A DNA stretch of 21,061 nucleotides. Origin: Candidatus Hadarchaeota archaeon. GTDB taxonomy: Archaea > CAYQAE01 > CAYVLA01. The first letter of the stretch is position 1. Every line of letters begins with the position of its first letter. The DNA is taken from the NCBI GenBank assembly GCA_964452145.1, contig CAYVLA010000054.1, forward strand, positions 1 to 21,061. Reading direction: 5' to 3'. The notes under the pieces were generated by a model. It ran no database searches. It saw nothing but the letters and a program-made list of their open reading frames with translations, and was not told where the DNA came from. This document shows positions 16,520-21,061 of this stretch, piece after piece. The position numbers and the translations under genes were made by a program.

Positions 16520-16792
16520 GTGATGGGCAAGACGGTACCGTCCTTCCGAATGGCCTTGGAGGCCGAGATAGGGAGTTGGAGATCGTATAGGAAGGCTCTC
16601 AAGGAGGGAGATAGGAAAGTCTTCGACGAGATAATGGGACACACAAGGGCCCATGCATCGGCCAGCAGCAATGCGGTGAGGACATCGCCCTTGGAGGCCA
16701 TGATACTATCGATACTGATCGAGCAGCAGAAGGCCATCTCCAGATTGAGGGACGAGTTGGACGGGCTGAAGATGGGGCTGGATCAGCCTTGA
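16520..16792 (+). CDS. Small alpha-helical PolB2-associated protein (arCOG07300-like)
   Basis: MGKTVPSFR...E...W..YRKAL...DRKVFDE.M...R.H..A...PLEAMILSILIEQQK; TTGA overlap with polB2; ATG at 16523 is an alternative start. Confidence 0.88.
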   Translation: MMGKTVPSFRMALEAEIGSWRSYRKALKEGDRKVFDEIMGHTRAHASASSNAVRTSPLEAMILSILIEQQKAISRLRDELDGLKMGLDQP

Positions 16793-19038
16793 TCAAGGGG
16801 TGGTTGCTAGATCTCTATCCCGATGGAAATGACATGATCCTCTGGATCAAAACACACCGCGGAGCCGAAAGCATCCGGTTGCATCATCCCCCCTCCTTCT
16901 ATCTTTGCGCTTCGGAGGAAAGGATGGAGATCCTTCGATCCAGCATGGCGGAGGGCGATCTCCAGATCCGGGCAAGATACGAATGGAAGAGGACGGACAT
17001 AAGGGACTACGACCCGAGAAAGGTCCTTAAGGTAGAGGTTGCATCGAAAGATTTCGACAAGGTCGTTTCGAAGTTTCCCTTTCTGGAGGAGAGGGGGTAC
17101 CGCTTCTTCAACGTGGATGTGCCGAGGGTCCAGGGTCTTCTTTACGAATACGACCTGTTCCCCATGGGTTCGGTCTCGGTCAAGGCCTCAAAAAGGCCGG
17201 GTGGCATCGAGAGCCTGGACGATCGCTTCGCCACCCGCTACGAGGTCCCTCCCCTCAAGGAGTTGAGCGTGGAGATTCACCCCAGAACATCCGTTGATGC
17301 CGCGATCGAGAATGTGGAGTTCGGCCTAAGCGGCGAGCGTTTCCAGATCGAGGGAGGTGGCGAGGACGACGTGCTCATGGGCGCGATGGAGGTCGTGGAT
17401 GAAATCGACCCTGACGTGATCTACATCAGTTCCAACGATCTATCCCACTTATTCATAAGGGGCCGGGAAAGAGGAGTTGAGCACGAGCTGCTGTTTGGAA
17501 GGGACAAGACTAGGCGCCTCTCCACAAAGGGGAAGGGAAAGTCCTACTTCTCCTACGGCACGGTTTACTACAAGGAGCCTCAGCAGCCCTTCTTCGGCAG
17601 GATACGGATAGATCCCGAGAACTCCTTCATGTACGGGGACTCCGGGATGGATGGGCTGATCGAGCTTGCCCGGTTGACCAAGATACCTCTTCAGAAAAGC
17701 TCCACCACCTCGCCCGGGACGGGAATAAGCTCGATGCAGCTGGATCAGGCCTACCGCGAGGACCTACTGATCCCCTGGAAAAAGCAGGAACCGGAGGCCT
17801 TCAAATCGGCCATGCATCTTCTGGAATGCGACAGGGGCGGATTCATCTTCGAGCCCAGCGTGGGGTTCCACACCCATGTGGGGGAGATCGATTTCGCCTC
17901 CATGTACCCCAGCATCATGGAGAAACACAACATCTCCCCAGAGACGGTTCTCTGCAACTGCTGCCGGGGCGTGAATGCCCCCAGGGTTCCCACCTGTGGT
18001 TACCACCTCTGCATGCGGAGGAGGGGAATCGTGCCAACGGTTCTGAAGCCCCTTCTGGAGCGAAGGGCTTACTACAAGAGTCTTGTCAAGGCCGGGGGTG
18101 AGCAGGCCGCCAAGTACGACAGGAGACAGCGGGCCATAAAGTGGCTCCTGGTTTGCTGTTTCGGGTATCTGGGTTATAAGAACGCCAGGTTCGGAAGAGT
18201 GGAGGCCCACGAGGCCGTGACGGCCTTCGGCCGGGACAAGCTCTTCAAGGCCGTTGACGTGGCCAGAGGATCGGGTTTTGAGGTTATCCACGGCATCGTG
18301 GATTCGCTTTGGCTCAAGCGGGCCGGGGCAACGGAGGCGGACTACGAAGAGCTGTGCCGGAGGATACGCGAAGCCTCGGAGCTCTCCATATCTCTGGAGG
18401 GCATATACAAGTGGGTGATATTCCTTCCCTCCAAGATGTATCCCGATGTCCCCGTCCTCAACCGATATTTCGGGGTCTTCGAAAGCGGCGAGATAAAGGC
18501 CAGAGGCATAGAGCTGCGGAGATCGGATACCCCGGGCATAGTGAAGAACGCCCAGCTTGAGATGATCAAGGTCCTCTCCAAGGCTAATGATCCGGAGGAG
18601 TATCTGGAGAGGCTGAGGGAATGCGTCTCCATAATCGAAAGATATGCAGATCTCATCCGCCAGGGGGATGCGAAGAAGATGGATCTGATCATATCCAGGC
18701 GGGCGTCGAAGGCCCCCTGGGAGTATTCGAACTTGAGCCCAATGGCCGTTTCCAGCCTGAAGCTTCGCAAGGCCGGGAGGACCGTCAGACCCGGGCAGTT
18801 CGTCGGATACGTGGTAACCAAGGCATCGTCCCCAAACCCCTGGGAGAGGGTGGAGCCGGCCGAGTTCTATGAGGAGGGGACAAGGTACGATGCAGGGAAG
18901 TACATCGATGAGATCATAAAGGCGGGAACCACCCTTTTCGAGGCAATGGGCTACACGGAAACCTCCATGCGTTCCCTGATCACGGACGGAACGCGACAGT
19001 TGACCCTGCGCGAACCCGTCATCTCAGGGCCGCGTTGA
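16789..19038 (+). CDS. polB2: Family B DNA polymerase, PolB2 (Dpo2) group
   Basis: Motif A DFASMYPSIM, altered motif B KWLLVCCFGYLG, altered motif C HGIVDS (canonical YGDTDS), RGIELRRSD; no recognisable exonuclease motifs; CNCC...CGYHLC insert. Confidence 0.93.
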   Translation: MIKGWLLDLYPDGNDMILWIKTHRGAESIRLHHPPSFYLCASEERMEILRSSMAEGDLQIRARYEWKRTDIRDYDPRKVLKVEVASKDFDKVVSKFPFLEERGYRFFNVDVPRVQGLLYEYDLFPMGSVSVKASKRPGGIESLDDRFATRYEVPPLKELSVEIHPRTSVDAAIENVEFGLSGERFQIEGGGEDDVLMGAMEVVDEIDPDVIYISSNDLSHLFIRGRERGVEHELLFGRDKTRRLSTKGKGKSYFSYGTVYYKEPQQPFFGRIRIDPENSFMYGDSGMDGLIELARLTKIPLQKSSTTSPGTGISSMQLDQAYREDLLIPWKKQEPEAFKSAMHLLECDRGGFIFEPSVGFHTHVGEIDFASMYPSIMEKHNISPETVLCNCCRGVNAPRVPTCGYHLCMRRRGIVPTVLKPLLERRAYYKSLVKAGGEQAAKYDRRQRAIKWLLVCCFGYLGYKNARFGRVEAHEAVTAFGRDKLFKAVDVARGSGFEVIHGIVDSLWLKRAGATEADYEELCRRIREASELSISLEGIYKWVIFLPSKMYPDVPVLNRYFGVFESGEIKARGIELRRSDTPGIVKNAQLEMIKVLSKANDPEEYLERLRECVSIIERYADLIRQGDAKKMDLIISRRASKAPWEYSNLSPMAVSSLKLRKAGRTVRPGQFVGYVVTKASSPNPWERVEPAEFYEEGTRYDAGKYIDEIIKAGTTLFEAMGYTETSMRSLITDGTRQLTLREPVISGPR

Positions 19039-19825
19039 AGAGCTCCGAATGGTGGAGCGGCTTCGTCAGGAACGCGAAGCCCTCCGGATTGGCGATCATG
19101 GCCTTGTACAAGGCCCTTCCGCGGACTAGGCCTATTCCGGGGAACTCCCTGGGTTGGATGTGCCTGATCTCGGGCAGCTTGGCATATCTCGGGTTGGGAA
19201 GCCATCTCATCCTTCCCCCTTCGGCGATGAGGTGGCATGCTCCGCCCCCCAGCCTTCTGTAGGGTTCGTACTCAGAGTCAAAGCCATCAGCGGTGGCATT
19301 GGTCATCACCAGGGTTGTCTTGTAGGGGTTGATGGTGACGTGTCCATAGTCGGGAGGAATGATGACCCGGTCCCCCGGGCGGGCCTCGATGCTGACCAGA
19401 TCCACCACCTTTCTGGGGTCAGCCAGGGTACGGATCTTCTGGAGAAAGTATAGTGCTCCCCCTTGGATCACCTCGTAGATCTCCGGATAGGAGAGGCCCT
19501 GCCCCGGGATCAACGGATGGTAGTGTCCCGCGGTCTTGATGAACTCCCGTCCGATCAGGCCACTGCGGATGACGGTAACATCAAATCTCAGATTGTGGGC
19601 TCTGATCGTGGCCTCGTCCTGCGGGAAACGAAGGTCCCTGTACATCGCGTAGAGCTCCCCGGGCTTGGCCGCCTTCAAGTCGAGGAGCACGTCGCACATT
19701 TCCTCGGCAGTTCTCACCCTTGGTTCGGCGGATATCAGTCCCTCGCCCAGAATGAGCCTGAGGCGACGTTCATCGAGTGTGATCGGAAGATTCGAGACGG
19801 GCTGAAGATCGAGAGTCATTGACAC
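19019..19825 (-). CDS. pgiA: Cupin-type glucose-6-phosphate isomerase family protein
   Basis: LYAMYRDL, LRFDVTVI, EFIKTAGHYHP, YPEIYEV, IIPPDYGHVTIN cupin metal ligands; start is GTG 19825 or ATG 19819. Confidence 0.88.
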   Translation of the reverse strand: MSMTLDLQPVSNLPITLDERRLRLILGEGLISAEPRVRTAEEMCDVLLDLKAAKPGELYAMYRDLRFPQDEATIRAHNLRFDVTVIRSGLIGREFIKTAGHYHPLIPGQGLSYPEIYEVIQGGALYFLQKIRTLADPRKVVDLVSIEARPGDRVIIPPDYGHVTINPYKTTLVMTNATADGFDSEYEPYRRLGGGACHLIAEGGRMRWLPNPRYAKLPEIRHIQPREFPGIGLVRGRALYKAMIANPEGFAFLTKPLHHSELFNAALR

Positions 19826-19898
19826 CGGTATTCCCCTTGGGCCTGATATTCTTTGCTTCTCAGGGGCGCTTATCGAGGCACGGGTACGTCAGATGATC

Positions 19899-19914
19899 GC
19901 AAAACCATTAAATA
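19899..19914 (+). promoter_or_regulatory. BRE/TATA candidate for the 99-aa gene (probably leaderless)
   Basis: GCAAAAC-CATTAAATA ending about 25 nt upstream of ATG 19939. Confidence 0.6.
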
Positions 19915-19938
19915 CATGCCTGAGGCCCCGGTTGCCGA

Positions 19939-20238
19939 ATGAGCCGGAGCTACGCTGGCCCAAGGTGGCGGCGCAAGAAGAAGAAGGACGTCAAGAAGAG
20001 GATGCTGAGGATGGGGAACAAGGATCTGTTCCTCTGGGATCTCAACGAGGTACTGAAGGTGCTGCCGGACAGGAGCATGGCTCAGATCATAGCTGCGAAC
20101 GTGTACTCCAAGGCTTCACGCCTGGGGATCGACGAGGCCTTGGACTACGTGGAGGCGCTGCGCAAGGAGCAGGGCGTCGATGGGGAAAGCGCGGACAAGA
20201 TACGCGACCTTCTCATGCGCAACAGCATGAGAAGATAG
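19939..20238 (+). CDS. Hypothetical small protein with a very basic N-terminus and helical core
   Basis: Own promoter; strongly GC3-biased codons; RWRRKKKKDVKKR N-terminus followed by amphipathic helices. Confidence 0.8.
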   Translation: MSRSYAGPRWRRKKKKDVKKRMLRMGNKDLFLWDLNEVLKVLPDRSMAQIIAANVYSKASRLGIDEALDYVEALRKEQGVDGESADKIRDLLMRNSMRR

Positions 20239-20304
20239 AGGCCCGCAACTCCAAGACACCGGGGCGGAGTCCACCTTTTCAGTCCATGGCTTTTCCGAGG
20301 ATCG

Positions 20305-20817
20305 ATGTCTCCCCAGGCCCCCCTGATCCGCCCGGCGATGGTTGCCCAGGACCTGTTGGATCGTCTCAACCACCTCGATTGTGGGGCCTTGGTTCAGGTT
20401 GGCTGGAGGGATTTCGAGGCTCGTTGCGCTGAGGTTCTGGCCGAGAACGGCTACACGGTTCTGGGCAGCCTCTGGTTTCGCGGGGCAAACAGAAGGTACC
20501 AGATCGATGTGGTGGCCGTACTGCTCAGGCAGATACTGTGCATAGACTGCAAGGCTTGGAGGAAGGGCGGGGGCAGCTATCGTTCCAGGAGGGCGGCGGA
20601 GTCCCAGAAGGAAAGGACCATACAGCTGAAGGGACGCATCTCCCCAAAGGGTCTGCCGATCGATGATGGCGCGGTCCTATACCCCATCGTCGTCACCCTG
20701 AGAAGCGAGGACCTGGCCATTCATGGCGGGGTGCCCATCGTCCCCTTCCAGGGCCTCAACACCTTCGTGGTCGACTTCGACAGCTACCGGGAATCCTTCT
20801 TCTGCGTCCGGGTCTGA
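20305..20817 (+). CDS. PD-(D/E)XK restriction endonuclease-like protein (Mrr_cat/NERD-like)
   Basis: W.DFE...AEVL...GY, QIDVVA...LCIDCKAW, Q..RT, PIVVTL, GVPIVP. Confidence 0.85.
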   Translation: MSPQAPLIRPAMVAQDLLDRLNHLDCGALVQVGWRDFEARCAEVLAENGYTVLGSLWFRGANRRYQIDVVAVLLRQILCIDCKAWRKGGGSYRSRRAAESQKERTIQLKGRISPKGLPIDDGAVLYPIVVTLRSEDLAIHGGVPIVPFQGLNTFVVDFDSYRESFFCVRV

Positions 20818-20836
20818 GGTGTCTATCCGGGGTCGG

Positions 20837-20849
20837 GAAGATATTTAGA
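20837..20849 (+). promoter_or_regulatory. TATA-like promoter for the tRNA
   Basis: GAAGATATTTAGA ending about 25 nt upstream of the mature tRNA 5' end. Confidence 0.55.
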
Positions 20850-20872
20850 TGGCCACGAGGATCGTGGTCCGA

Positions 20873-20946
20873 GGACCCGTAGTCTAGTTGGACAGGGCGC
20901 AGGCCTCCGGAGCCTGATGTCGCGGGTTCGAGTCCCGCCGGGTCCG
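20873..20946 (+). tRNA. tRNA-Arg (anticodon CCG), no intron, CCA not encoded
   Basis: Acceptor stem GGACCCG/CGGGTCC; D arm GTCT-AGTTGGACA-GGGC; anticodon arm CAGGC-CTCCGGA-GCCTG (CCG at 20907-20909); T arm GCGGG-TTCGAGT-CCCGC; discriminator G. Confidence 0.97.
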
Positions 20947-21061
20947 CTTCTACCTCGGGTGGCTCTGATATTAGGCCCCCATGATGCCCGCCTTCGTGGC
21001 AGCGCGAGTCTTCTCCGCTCGACTTCTGGGTCGACGCTTCGGGAGGGGGCAAGGATGCGGG

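Noticed and set aside
19893..20432. 179-aa plus-strand ORF
   Set aside because: Out-of-frame overlap with two better-supported genes, and it starts upstream of the TATA box.
1..21061. CRISPR array, IS element, prophage, intein or tRNA intron
   Set aside because: No spaced direct repeats and no transposase, integrase or capsid ORFs; PolB2 has normal length with no intein termini; the tRNA is contiguous.

Overview
This window looks like a gene-dense, roughly 60% GC archaeal chromosome segment. Archaeal signs include TATA/BRE-type promoters, a pyruvoyl arginine decarboxylase, a cupin-type glucose-6-phosphate isomerase, PolB2 and a tRNA without an encoded CCA. It holds about 24 CDSs and one tRNA-Arg(CCG). 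Main modules: (i) a partial DegT-family aminotransferase, a cysteine hydrolase, a ferredoxin and a UroD/MtaA-family operon; (ii) tatA, a stand-alone Lrp ligand-binding domain, a phosphoribosyltransferase (PRTase) and a VTT protein; (iii) a secreted GHL10-like glycoside hydrolase; (iv) a polyamine cluster (M20 hydrolase + pdaD converging on potBCDA); (v) a membrane-anchored 7-blade sensor-type beta-propeller with a 4-Cys cytoplasmic tail; (vi) the inactive RadA-like / small helical protein / PolB2 module. No CRISPR array, transposase, integrase or prophage was seen. The best leads are the kinase-less propeller receptor, the PolB2 module with a candidate shared operator, tandem-repeat arrays beside promoters, and two structured intergenic segments. 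All assignments come from motif recognition by eye, with no database search.
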